Origin: Christensenella sp. UBA3798
GTDB lineage: Bacteria; Bacillota; Clostridia; Christensenellales; CAG-1252
Direction of reading: 5' to 3'
DNA: 62,411 nucleotides
Assembly: GCA_002368735.1 (NCBI GenBank)
Contig: DFEQ01000029.1
Location: forward strand, 1-62,411
Shown here: positions 1 through 8,215 of the stretch, piece after piece
Numbering within the stretch: position 1 is the first letter of the stretch
How the letters are laid out: each line of letters begins with the position of its first letter
Program-made: the position numbers and the translations under genes
Notes under the pieces: model-generated
The model's input: only the letters and a program-made list of their open reading frames with translations
Database searches by the model: none
Told to the model about the DNA's origin: nothing

Positions 1-836
1 AGGCAGAGCACGACGATATATCTGATATCGTAGCTCTTCTTGCGGAAGATCAAGGTGATCGCTACGCCTTCCAGGATCGTAAAGATGATCCAGCCGATAT
101 GATAGAACTTGCCAAAGGCAAAGGTGGAGAATCCCTGCTCCGTGGTGAGAGCGTATCCCTTAAAGAGGTATTGCGGCACGTAGATCGGCAGGATGGAGAA
201 GAGGAGCGCGCAGAGGAGGGCGAGGAAGGTCAGGACCTTCTTTACGGTGAAGGTGGGCAGGAGATCCTTTGTCTCAAAGACCACGATATTGATGAGGAGC
301 ATCGCTTCCAGATAGCAGAGCACGGCGAAGTAGATCGTGCGGAAGGCGTAGTTTGTGAAGAACGCCTTGAGTCCCTCTCCGAAAAAGCGGATCTCCTTGA
401 TCCCCGCGCTGTGCGCCGCATCGGTATAAAAACCGATATATTTATAGAAGCAAGCCGCATTCAAAATACAGACGATCAGGCAGAAATACGCCGCGACCTT
501 CTTGAAGGTCTTGTCTTTCATAAAGATCGCTACGGGGATCACGAGGAATGCTACGTCGTGAGCCCAGGTGAGTAGAGCAAAGGGGATATTCTCTCCGCTC
601 TCGTAGGGAGTCAGATCCTCAAAAGTGCGCATCGCGAAGGCATTGGGAAGAAAGAGATTCAGGAAATACAGCGCCATCCATACGACGCAGACGATCTTTG
701 TCGTCTTGTCTCTCGCGATGTCAAAGGGGGTGAGCTCTCCGAGCTCCGTGACGGGAGCGTATTTGCGTTTGATCAAGACGAGCGCGCAGGCGCCGAGAGC
801 GACGAGTAAGAAAAATACGATATAAAATGCTGCCAT
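1..836 (-). CDS. multi-pass integral membrane protein, unknown family (3' end runs off the window)
   Basis: ATG at 836-834 on the minus strand. I read the frame down to position 3 without a stop (MAAFYIVFFLLVALGACALVLIKRKY...). It has many hydrophobic helices. It is absent from the ORF track because it has no stop in the window. Candidate promoter just upstream. Confidence 0.6.
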   Translation of the reverse strand, partial: MAAFYIVFFLLVALGACALVLIKRKYAPVTELGELTPFDIARDKTTKIVCVVWMALYFLNLFLPNAFAMRTFEDLTPYESGENIPFALLTWAHDVAFLVIPVAIFMKDKTFKKVAAYFCLIVCILNAACFYKYIGFYTDAAHSAGIKEIRFFGEGLKAFFTNYAFRTIYFAVLCYLEAMLLINIVVFETKDLLPTFTVKKVLTFLALLCALLFSILPIYVPQYLFKGYALTTEQGFSTFAFGKFYHIGWIIFTILEGVAITLIFRKKSYDIRYIVVLC

Positions 837-869
837 AATCTTTTATACCTATTATATAGATTGGATTTG

Positions 870-898
870 AGTATAGCATTATTATCGTGGATTGTCAA
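870..898 (-). promoter_or_regulatory. sigma-70-type promoter candidate for the membrane protein gene
   Basis: Minus strand reads TTGACA (898-893), a 17-nt spacer ending in TGc, then TATACT (875-870). Confidence 0.35.
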
Positions 899-930
899 AT
901 ACTACCATCGACTCGAGTGCGAGAGCCCGA

Positions 931-1962
931 TTAAAGTTTTTCCGCGATGTCGTATATCAGCCTCTCAGACTTTTCCCATCCGAGGCAGGGGTCGGTGATG
1001 GACTTACCGTACACTCCTTCGCCTATCTTCTGGGCGCCGTCCTCGATGTAGCTTTCTATCATGAAGCCCTTGACGAGGGCGCGTACGTCGGCGTTATACT
1101 TCCTGCTCGCCAGCACCTCTTTGACTATCCTCTCCTGCTCAAAGGGGTTCTTGCCCGAATTGGAGTGGTTGTAGTCGATGATGGCGGCGGGATACTTTAG
1201 CCCCCTCTCCTTATACATTTCGTCAAGCAGCATAATATCCTCGTAGTGATAGTTGGGGTGCGACTGCCCGTGCTTGTTTACGTAGCCGCGCAGGATGGCG
1301 TGCGCGTAGGGGTTGCCCGTCGAATGTACCTCCCAGCCGCGATATAGGAAGGTGTGCGGGTGCTGTGCGGCGGTAATGGAGTTCAGCATTACGCCATAGT
1401 CGCCGCTCGTGGGGTTCTTCATCCCTACGGGAACGCCGATGCCGCTCGACACCAAACGGTGCTGTTGGTTCTCCACCGAGCGAGCCCCCACCGCCACGTA
1501 GCCGAGCACGTCGTCGAGGTAGCGATAGTTCTCGGGATAGAGCATCTCGTCCGCGCAGGTAAAGCCCGTCTCACGGATAGCGCGGATGTGCAGTTCACGG
1601 ATGGCGATGAGCCCCTTCATCATATCGGGCTTGGCGTTCGGGTCGGGCTGGTGCAGCATCCCCTTGTAGCCGTCCCCCGTCGTGCGCGGCTTATTGGTGT
1701 AGATGCGGGGCACGATGAGTATCTCGTTTTTGACCCTTTCCTGCACCTTGACCAGGCGTGAGATGTAATCCATCACGCTGTCTTCGCGGTCGGCGGAGCA
1801 GGGGCCGATGATGAGGAGCAAGCGGTCGTCTTCGCCCGCGAGCGATCTCTTTATCTCACAGTCGCGCTCTTCAAAGACGCGGGTGCAGTGGGCGTCCATC
1901 GGGTAGAGCTCCTTGATCTCGATGGGTAGGGCGACCTTTCTGTCAAACGTCATATTATCCAT
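931..1962 (-). CDS. 3-deoxy-7-phosphoheptulonate (DAHP) synthase, AroF/G/H-like class I
   Basis: 343-aa ORF with DAHP-synthase hallmarks (LLIIGPCS, KPRTTGDGYKGM, GARSVENQ). GGAG RBS. Sits 17 nt downstream of pheA on the same strand. Confidence 0.85.
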   Translation of the reverse strand: MDNMTFDRKVALPIEIKELYPMDAHCTRVFEERDCEIKRSLAGEDDRLLLIIGPCSADREDSVMDYISRLVKVQERVKNEILIVPRIYTNKPRTTGDGYKGMLHQPDPNAKPDMMKGLIAIRELHIRAIRETGFTCADEMLYPENYRYLDDVLGYVAVGARSVENQQHRLVSSGIGVPVGMKNPTSGDYGVMLNSITAAQHPHTFLYRGWEVHSTGNPYAHAILRGYVNKHGQSHPNYHYEDIMLLDEMYKERGLKYPAAIIDYNHSNSGKNPFEQERIVKEVLASRKYNADVRALVKGFMIESYIEDGAQKIGEGVYGKSITDPCLGWEKSERLIYDIAEKL

Positions 1963-1979
1963 ACTTCTTTCTCCTTTTT

Positions 1980-2804
1980 TTATCGTATTTCTTTGCCGGG
2001 GATGAATCTCCCCGCGATCTTTATGTCGTCACAACAATTCTTGAGTCCGTTTATGAGGGCGTCTTCCTCGCCGTCGCCCTCCGCTTCTACGTAGAAGTAA
2101 TATTGCCACGGCCTGTCCTTCAAGGGGCGGCTATGCAGTGATTTCATATTGTACCCATAGCGCGCGATGATGGATAAGGCTTCCGCAAGGGCGCCCGAGC
2201 GGTCCCCCACGGCGAAGAGGAGGATGACGTGCTCCCCCTCGCGCTTTTCGGCGGGGCGGGGGGAGAAAAGGGCGAAGCGGGTCGTGTTTTCACGGCTTTC
2301 GGCGATGTCGGCGGCGATGACCTCGAGGCCGTACAAATCGGCGCAGGCGCGGCTCGCTATGGCGGCAAGCGCCTTGGAGCCCTTATCCGCCACCGTCTTT
2401 GCGGCAAAGGCGGTATTCTCCGATACCACTTCTCCGAATTTGTGCGCCGCGATGTACTCCGCGCATTGCGCGAGGGCTTGGGGATGGCTTATCACCGTCT
2501 TGACGTCATCGAGGCTCGTCCCCTTTACCCCCACGAGGTTTTGCTCTATCTTCATTTCGTAGAGGTCGCTGACGAGCAGATCGCCGCGGTATAATAGCTC
2601 CAAGGTCGCCGCTACTTCGCCCGCGTAGCTATTTTCAATGGGGAGGAGGGCACTTTCCGCTTCTCCCGAGCGGGCAAGCTCGTACGCTTCTTTAAAGGTG
2701 GCGCAGGGGAGCAACTTTCCATTAGGAAAGAGTTTACTCGCGGCAATTTCGCCGAAGGAGCCGCGGGTGCCGCAATAGGCAACAGTCGTTTGCTTTTCTT
2801 TCAT
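1980..2804 (-). CDS. pheA: prephenate dehydratase
   Basis: 274 aa. PDT domain followed by a C-terminal ACT-like region (ENTTRFALFS, HSRPLKDRPWQYYFYVE). RBS AAGGAGGG. Confidence 0.85.
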   Translation of the reverse strand: MKEKQTTVAYCGTRGSFGEIAASKLFPNGKLLPCATFKEAYELARSGEAESALLPIENSYAGEVAATLELLYRGDLLVSDLYEMKIEQNLVGVKGTSLDDVKTVISHPQALAQCAEYIAAHKFGEVVSENTAFAAKTVADKGSKALAAIASRACADLYGLEVIAADIAESRENTTRFALFSPRPAEKREGEHVILLFAVGDRSGALAEALSIIARYGYNMKSLHSRPLKDRPWQYYFYVEAEGDGEEDALINGLKNCCDDIKIAGRFIPGKEIR

Positions 2805-2820
2805 AAGTCCCTCCTTTTTA

Positions 2821-2860
2821 ATAAAAAAACCGCTGCTTTTTGAACATGAAAAGCAGCGGT
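2821..2860 (-). terminator. intrinsic terminator acting as attenuator in the pheA leader
   Basis: Minus-strand RNA reads ACCGCUGCUUUU-CAUGUUCA-AAAAGCAGCGGU followed by UUUUUUU. That is a perfect 12-bp stem, an 8-nt loop and a U7 tract, ending about 15 nt before the pheA start codon. Confidence 0.8.
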
Positions 2861-2884
2861 GCGGATCTATAGAGTTTCACTCAA

Positions 2885-2935
2885 TCACACATCGCTTTCC
2901 TGCGTAAAGAAAAAGTTGACGGTATATAGTTTCAT
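2885..2935 (-). CDS. 16-aa Phe-rich leader peptide (MKLYTVNFFFTQESDV)
   Basis: ATG at 2935, preceded by GAGGAG with a 6-nt spacer. Three consecutive Phe codons UUU UUC UUU (2914-2906). UGA stop at 2887-2885. It lies between the promoter and the terminator upstream of pheA. Confidence 0.6.
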   Translation of the reverse strand: MKLYTVNFFFTQESDV

Positions 2936-2963
2936 TTCTCGCTCCTCATCGGATGATACTTGA

Positions 2964-2992
2964 ATGATACACCCGCAAAAGCGAGCTGTCAA
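2964..2992 (-). promoter_or_regulatory. sigma-70-type promoter of the pheA leader
   Basis: Minus strand reads TTGACA (2992-2987), a 17-nt spacer, then TATCAT (2969-2964). Confidence 0.55.
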
Positions 2993-3076
2993 CGAAAGTA
3001 AGATAAAAAGCTGAAAACTTTTCGCCGCGCGGCGGCGAAGCGCGCTTTTTCTTTTGTAACAATTCTTCGGAGCGTC

Positions 3077-3105
3077 TTGTATTTTTCCCGCGTGGATGCT
3101 ATAAT
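3077..3105 (+). promoter_or_regulatory. promoter candidate for the MBL hydrolase gene
   Basis: TTGTAT (3077-3082), a 17-nt spacer ending in TGc, then TATAAT (3100-3105). Confidence 0.45.
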
Positions 3106-3137
3106 ATTATCGAAGAAAGTTTTTTTCGGAGGTCTTC

Positions 3138-4730
3138 ATGTTTCTGACGTTTTACGGTGCGGCAAGAGAGGTCACGGGCAGTTGCTTTTTATTGCAGGTC
3201 TCAGGCAAAAATATCTTGGTAGACTGCGGTCTCAGGCAGGGCACGGATATCTTTGAAGGGGAGGAGGACGGCTTTGTCTTCGACGCCTCGACCATCGACT
3301 ACGTCCTATTGACCCACGCCCATATCGACCACAGCGGCAGGCTCCCCCTCCTATATAAAAAGGGGTTTCGCGGCGAGATCTATTGCACCTCCGCCACCAC
3401 GAAGCTTTGTTCTATCATGCTGCTCGACAGCGCGCACATCCAGGAGAGCGACGCCGAATGGCGCAATCGCAAGAAAAAGAGGAGCGGCGACGACCTCATC
3501 CAACCCCTCTATACCACTGCGGACGCCGAGAACGTGTGCCGCTTCTTCCATTCTGTGGAATATGGCGAAGAGAAGACGCTTTTCAAAGGCTTTTCCGTCG
3601 AGTTTAACGACGCGGGGCACCTCTTGGGCTCCTCTTCCGTGACCGTCCGCGCGACGGAGGGCGACGTCACCAAGACCATCGTCTTTTCGGGGGATATCGG
3701 CAATTCGGATCAGCCCCTTTTGAACGACCCGAAATATCTGAAGCAGGCTGACTATATCGTGATGGAGAGCACCTATGCCGACCGCGTGCACGAAGTGGCG
3801 GGCGGGACGGAGGACGACCTCGCCTACGTCATCCAGAACACCTTCGATCGCGGGGGCAACGTGGTCATTCCGTCCTTTGCGGTAGGGCGTACGCAGGAGA
3901 TTCTTTATTACATCCGCAACATCAAGGAGCAAGGGAAAATCAAGGGACACGACGACTTCCCCGTCATCGTGGATAGCCCCCTTGCGATAGACGCCACAAA
4001 CATCTTTTCCGAGGTGGGTGAGATGTATTACGACGCGGAGACCAAGGCGCTCCTCGACCAAGGCGTCAATCCCATCGGCTTCCCCGGGCTCGGCGTGACC
4101 ATCACCTCTGAGGAGAGCCGAGCCATCAACGACGACCCCACCCCCAAGGTCATCATCTCCGCGAGCGGTATGTGCGACGCGGGGCGCATCCGTCACCATT
4201 TGAAGCACAATTTGTGGCGCAACGAGTGCACCATCCTCTTTGTGGGTTATCAGGCGGTGGGCACTCTCGGACACGCCATCCTGAACGGGGCGAAGCGGGT
4301 CAGGATATTCGGCGAGGACATCGCGGTCAACGCCAGCATCCAAAAGCTCAAGAACACCAGTTCGCACGCCGATCGCGTGGGGCTCATGCGCTGGCTGGAC
4401 GCTATCGACAACCGTCCCGAGCGCGTCTTTGTGGTGCACGGCGGCGATGGCAATACCGAGAAGTGGGCGGACGACGTCAGGAATCAGTTCGGATTCAATG
4501 CCGTTAGCCCGCAATTTGCGGAATCATACGACCTTTTGAAGAATACCCGCATCAAGGAAGGCTATACTCCCGAGACGCGCAGTCGCATCACCCCGAATAC
4601 CGTCTACAAGTATCTTTTGGAGTCGGGCGGCAGGATAGGCGAGCTCATACGCAACTTTAAGGGCAGGACCAATTCCGAGACCAAAAAGTTCGTGCGCGAG
4701 CTCGACGACTTGTTCAAAAGGTTTTCGTGA
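3138..4730 (+). CDS. MBL-fold beta-CASP family hydrolase (RNase J/CPSF-like RNA-processing nuclease)
   Basis: 530 aa with the HAHIDHSG metallo-beta-lactamase motif and typical beta-CASP length and layout. RBS GGAGG. Confidence 0.75.
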   Translation: MFLTFYGAAREVTGSCFLLQVSGKNILVDCGLRQGTDIFEGEEDGFVFDASTIDYVLLTHAHIDHSGRLPLLYKKGFRGEIYCTSATTKLCSIMLLDSAHIQESDAEWRNRKKKRSGDDLIQPLYTTADAENVCRFFHSVEYGEEKTLFKGFSVEFNDAGHLLGSSSVTVRATEGDVTKTIVFSGDIGNSDQPLLNDPKYLKQADYIVMESTYADRVHEVAGGTEDDLAYVIQNTFDRGGNVVIPSFAVGRTQEILYYIRNIKEQGKIKGHDDFPVIVDSPLAIDATNIFSEVGEMYYDAETKALLDQGVNPIGFPGLGVTITSEESRAINDDPTPKVIISASGMCDAGRIRHHLKHNLWRNECTILFVGYQAVGTLGHAILNGAKRVRIFGEDIAVNASIQKLKNTSSHADRVGLMRWLDAIDNRPERVFVVHGGDGNTEKWADDVRNQFGFNAVSPQFAESYDLLKNTRIKEGYTPETRSRITPNTVYKYLLESGGRIGELIRNFKGRTNSETKKFVRELDDLFKRFS

Positions 4731-4750
4731 TAATGGTATTCGGTCACTCT

Positions 4751-4779
4751 GCGCTCTCTTCGCGAGGGCGCTTTTTTTA
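4751..4779 (+). terminator. intrinsic terminator
   Basis: GCGCTCTC-ttcgc-GAGGGCGC (8 bp including one G.U pair) followed by TTTTTTT. Confidence 0.6.
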
Positions 4780-4812
4780 TCCTTTTTACGCGCGAAAATA
4801 TCGCGGGCGTGA

Positions 4813-4842
4813 TTGACAAGATATATTTTGTTATGCTACTAT
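4813..4842 (+). promoter_or_regulatory. promoter candidate for the uronate operon
   Basis: TTGACA (4813-4818), an 18-nt spacer ending in TGc, then TACTAT (4837-4842). Confidence 0.45.
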
Positions 4843-4917
4843 TTACTTAATGCGCGTTTATGCGCACGGAGGCGGGCATCCCGCACACATTTATAATTCT
4901 CTCAGGAGGGACTTTTT

Positions 4918-5547
4918 ATGACAGACGAACTACTACAACGCATCGCAGAATGTAAGATCGTCCCGGTCGTGAAGATCGACGACGTGGCGGACACTCTTCC
5001 TTTGATGAAGGCTCTGGCGGCAGGCGGCATCATGAGCGCGGAGATCACTTTCCGTACCGCGTGCGGTCCCGACGCCCTAGCTCTCGCGGCGAAGAATTGC
5101 CCCGATATGCTTGTCGGCGCAGGTACCGTTATCAATAAGGAGCAGGCGGAGAAGGCCGTCAATTGCGGCGCGAAGTTTATAGTGGGTCCCGGTTTCAGTA
5201 AGGAGGTCGCCGACGTTTGCCGCAAGGCGGACGTCCTGTATCTCCCCGGCGTGGTCACTCCCACCGAGGTCATGATGGCTATCGCCGAAGGCTTGAAGGT
5301 CGTCAAGTTCTTCCCGGCGGAGAACTACGGCGGCGTCAAGACCATCAAGGCGCTCGCAGGACCCTTCCCGCAGCTCAAGTTTATGCCCACGGGCGGCATC
5401 TCGGCGGAGAATATCAAGGGATATTTCGAGACGGGCAAGGTCATCGCGTGCGGCGGTAGCTGGATGGTCAAGGACAGCCTGATCAAGGCAAAGGAATTCG
5501 ATAAAATAACCGCTTTGTCTAAAGAAGCGATGGAGGTAGTGAAATGA
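4918..5547 (+). CDS. eda: 2-dehydro-3-deoxyphosphogluconate (KDPG) / 4-hydroxy-2-oxoglutarate aldolase
   Basis: 209 aa with Eda-family length and motifs (VVKID, GAGTV, FKFFPA, MPTGGI). RBS AGGAGGG. Confidence 0.85.
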   Translation: MTDELLQRIAECKIVPVVKIDDVADTLPLMKALAAGGIMSAEITFRTACGPDALALAAKNCPDMLVGAGTVINKEQAEKAVNCGAKFIVGPGFSKEVADVCRKADVLYLPGVVTPTEVMMAIAEGLKVVKFFPAENYGGVKTIKALAGPFPQLKFMPTGGISAENIKGYFETGKVIACGGSWMVKDSLIKAKEFDKITALSKEAMEVVK

Positions 5548-6566
5548 AAGTAGTAACGTTTGGCGAATTGATGTTGAGGCTTGCTCCGGAGGGATATCTC
5601 CGTTTCGTGCAGGCGGATAAGTTTACGGTCACTTTCGGCGGCGGCGAGGCAAACGTCGCGGTGTCCCTCGCGAATTACGGCGTGGACGCGGCGTTTGTCA
5701 GTAAGCTCCCGAATAACGATATCGGGCAGGCGGCGGTGAATAGCCTCCGCAGGTTCGGCGTGGATACTTCGTCCATCGTCCGCGGCGGCGATAGGATAGG
5801 CATCTATTTCCTCGAGAAGGGTGCAAGTCAGCGCCCCAGCAAGGTCATCTACGATCGCGCGGCGTCCGCTATTGCGCTTGCCAAGAGGGAGGACTTCGAC
5901 TGGGATAAGATATTCGAAGGGGTCGATTGGTTCCACTTCACCGGCATCTCTCCCGCTCTTTCCGATGCTGCGGCGGAGATCACCATGGACGCCGTCAAGG
6001 CGGCGAAGGCGAAGGGAATAACCGTCTCCTGCGACCTCAATTACAGGAAGAAGCTTTGGACCAAGGCGAAGGCGAAGGAGGTCATGACTTCCCTCATGCC
6101 TTACGTGGACGTTCTCATCGCCAACGAAGAGGACAGTGCGGACGTCTTCGGCATCAAGGCGGACGACACCGATATCTCCAAGGGCGCTCTCAATAAAGAG
6201 GGCTACAAGTCGGTCGCGAAGAAGCTCGTGGACGCCTTCGGCTTCAAGTACGTGGCGATCACGCTTCGCGGCTCCATCTCCGCGAACGACAATAAGTGGA
6301 GCGCGATGCTCTATAACGGCAAGGACTACTTCTTCAGCAAGGAATATATGATACACATCGTGGACCGCGTGGGCGGCGGCGACAGCTTCGGCGGCGGCCT
6401 TATCTACGGTATGCTCCACTTCCCCGAGGACAGCCAAAAGGTCATCGAGTTCGCGGTGGGCGCGAGTTGCTTGAAGCATTCCATCGAGGGCGACTACAAT
6501 ATGGTCTCGGTGGACGAAGTATTGAAACTCATCGAAGGCGACGGCAGCGGCCGCGTGCAAAGATAA
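5544..6566 (+). CDS. kdgK: 2-dehydro-3-deoxygluconokinase (PfkB family)
   Basis: 340 aa. PfkB sugar kinase (GGGEANVAV, DRVGGGDSF). ATGA overlap with eda. Confidence 0.8.
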   Translation: MKVVTFGELMLRLAPEGYLRFVQADKFTVTFGGGEANVAVSLANYGVDAAFVSKLPNNDIGQAAVNSLRRFGVDTSSIVRGGDRIGIYFLEKGASQRPSKVIYDRAASAIALAKREDFDWDKIFEGVDWFHFTGISPALSDAAAEITMDAVKAAKAKGITVSCDLNYRKKLWTKAKAKEVMTSLMPYVDVLIANEEDSADVFGIKADDTDISKGALNKEGYKSVAKKLVDAFGFKYVAITLRGSISANDNKWSAMLYNGKDYFFSKEYMIHIVDRVGGGDSFGGGLIYGMLHFPEDSQKVIEFAVGASCLKHSIEGDYNMVSVDEVLKLIEGDGSGRVQR

Positions 6567-6582
6567 TAAGGAGGACGAGAAA

Positions 6583-7413
6583 ATGGACGTCAGATACGCA
6601 GTTTCCAAGAAAGAATACAGCAGGATGAATACCGAGGAGCTCCGCGAGAACTTCCTCATTCAGAATATCTTTGAGGCGGATAAGATCAATTTGACCTATT
6701 CGCACATCGACAGGATCATCGCGGGCGGCGCATGCCCCGTCACCAAGGAGCTTCCCCTCCTGGCGGGCGAGGAGCTCGGCGCGGAGTATTTCTGCGAGAG
6801 GCGCGAGCTGGGCGTGATCAATATCGGCGGCGCGGGCACCGTTACGGTGGACGGCACGGTCTATAAGATGGATCACTTCGACGGCTTGTACGTCGGCAGA
6901 GGGACCAAGGAGATTATCTTCAAGTCCGCAGACCCCGCTTGCCCCGCGCATTTCTATATCAACAGCACTCCCGCGCACAAGGAATATCCCACCAAGCATA
7001 TCCCTCTCGTGAATGCGGTGCATCGCGCTTGCGGCGACTTCAAGGACTGCAATAAGCGCACCATCAATCAGTTCATCGTCCCCGGCAACTGTGACAGCTG
7101 CCAACTCACGATGGGTCTCACCCAGCTCGAGGAGGGCAGCAACTGGAACACCATGCCCGTGCACACTCACGAGCGCCGTATGGAAGTATACATCTATTTC
7201 GACATTCCGCAGGATAACGTGGTCTTCCACATGATGGGCAACCCCACCGAGACCCGTCACATCGTGGTGCAGAACGAGGAGGCAGTCATCTCTCCGAGCT
7301 GGTCCATCCACAGCGGCGTCGGCACCAAGAACTATACCTTTATTTGGGGTATGTGCGGCGAGAACCAAGTCTTTGACGACATGCAGGGCGTCAAGACCAC
7401 CGACCTCAGATAG
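6583..7413 (+). CDS. kduI: 5-dehydro-4-deoxy-D-glucuronate isomerase
   Basis: 276 aa. KduI-like N-terminus (MDVRYA...LRENFLI) and cupin core (MPVHTHERRMEVYIYF). Confidence 0.85.
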   Translation: MDVRYAVSKKEYSRMNTEELRENFLIQNIFEADKINLTYSHIDRIIAGGACPVTKELPLLAGEELGAEYFCERRELGVINIGGAGTVTVDGTVYKMDHFDGLYVGRGTKEIIFKSADPACPAHFYINSTPAHKEYPTKHIPLVNAVHRACGDFKDCNKRTINQFIVPGNCDSCQLTMGLTQLEEGSNWNTMPVHTHERRMEVYIYFDIPQDNVVFHMMGNPTETRHIVVQNEEAVISPSWSIHSGVGTKNYTFIWGMCGENQVFDDMQGVKTTDLR

Positions 7414-7426
7414 TAAGGAGACGGCA

Positions 7427-8215
7427 ATGAAGATCGGTTTGCAATTATTCACTTGCCGCAAGCAGGCGCAGAAGGACCTCTACGGCACCTTGAAGAACCT
7501 CGCGGGTCTCGGCATCAAGTATATCGAGGCGGCGCGCATCAATTTTGACGACACCGACATCGCCGCCTTTAAGAAGGCGAAAGAGGAGTTCGGCATCGAG
7601 GTGATCTCGGCGCAGATCAAGCCCAATATCCTTGCGGACGAATTTGATAAATGCTTGAAATTCCTCAATGAGACCGAGTGCAAGATCGCCATCATCTCGG
7701 TGCTTCCCACCAAGAATATCATCGGCAGCGACGACAAACTCATCGAGTTCTGCGCTTGGGCGAGCGAGCTTGCCAAGAAGTACAAGGAACACGGCATCCA
7801 GCTGTGCTATCATCACCACGACTTTGAGTTTATCCGCGCCACCAAGAAGGGCTTCAAGGGCACCCGCTTCGACCTTATCGTGGAGAATATGAGCGAGGAT
7901 ATGAACTTCGTCATCGATACCTATTGGACGACCAAGGCGGGTATCAACGTAGAAAAGCTCCTTCAGCGCTTGAGCGGCAGGGTGCGCGGCGTGCATCTCC
8001 GTGATTACGCCCTCTATCGCCGCTTTATCGGCAGGAATCCCGCGAACTACGCGCTCGGCGACGGCGTCATCGACTTCAACTGGATCATCGAGGCGGCAAA
8101 GGCTGCGGGCGTGGACTACGGCGCCATCGAGCAGAATACCCCGCATCCTTACAGCGAGATAGCCAAGAGCGTCGAGCACTTGAAGAGTATCGGCTACGAA
8201 GAGGAAATGAAATAA
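7427..8215 (+). CDS. sugar phosphate isomerase/epimerase (xylose-isomerase-like TIM barrel)
   Basis: Start moved to the ATG at 7427 (MKIGLQLFT...), which has a TAAGGAG RBS. The track start at 7373 lies inside kduI. AP-endonuclease-2 / TIM-barrel-like sequence. Confidence 0.65.
   Translation: MKIGLQLFTCRKQAQKDLYGTLKNLAGLGIKYIEAARINFDDTDIAAFKKAKEEFGIEVISAQIKPNILADEFDKCLKFLNETECKIAIISVLPTKNIIGSDDKLIEFCAWASELAKKYKEHGIQLCYHHHDFEFIRATKKGFKGTRFDLIVENMSEDMNFVIDTYWTTKAGINVEKLLQRLSGRVRGVHLRDYALYRRFIGRNPANYALGDGVIDFNWIIEAAKAAGVDYGAIEQNTPHPYSEIAKSVEHLKSIGYEEEMK

Noticed and set aside
99-825. Plus-strand ORFs 99-575 and 625-825, and minus-strand ORF 242-460.
   Set aside because: They overlap the edge-truncated minus-strand membrane protein gene (1-836), which has a promoter, a clean start and hydrophobic helices. 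These ORFs have E/R/G-rich shadow composition.
2805-3000. A T-box riboswitch upstream of pheA. I also checked 22863-23022 upstream of leuS.
   Set aside because: I found no T-box consensus (AAUUAGGGUGGUACCGCG-like) or specifier-loop architecture. The pheA leader is only about 130 nt and is better explained by the leader peptide plus terminator. The leuS upstream region is about 160 nt with only promoter-like elements.
3021-3055. A GC-rich hairpin TTCGCCGC-gcg-GCGGCGAA followed by GCGCGCTTTTT, between the divergent pheA and MBL promoters.
   Set aside because: No upstream gene reads into it in either orientation, so I cannot support a terminator role. It may be an insulator, a regulator site or fortuitous.
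3351-4514. A 387-aa minus-strand ORF opposite the MBL hydrolase gene.
   Set aside because: It is an antisense shadow of a gene with clear HxHxDH and beta-CASP features and has no motifs of its own.
7373-7426. The track start at 7373 for the TIM-barrel gene.
   Set aside because: It lies inside the kduI coding region and has no RBS. The ATG at 7427 follows TAAGGAG and gives a typical MKIGLQ... start.
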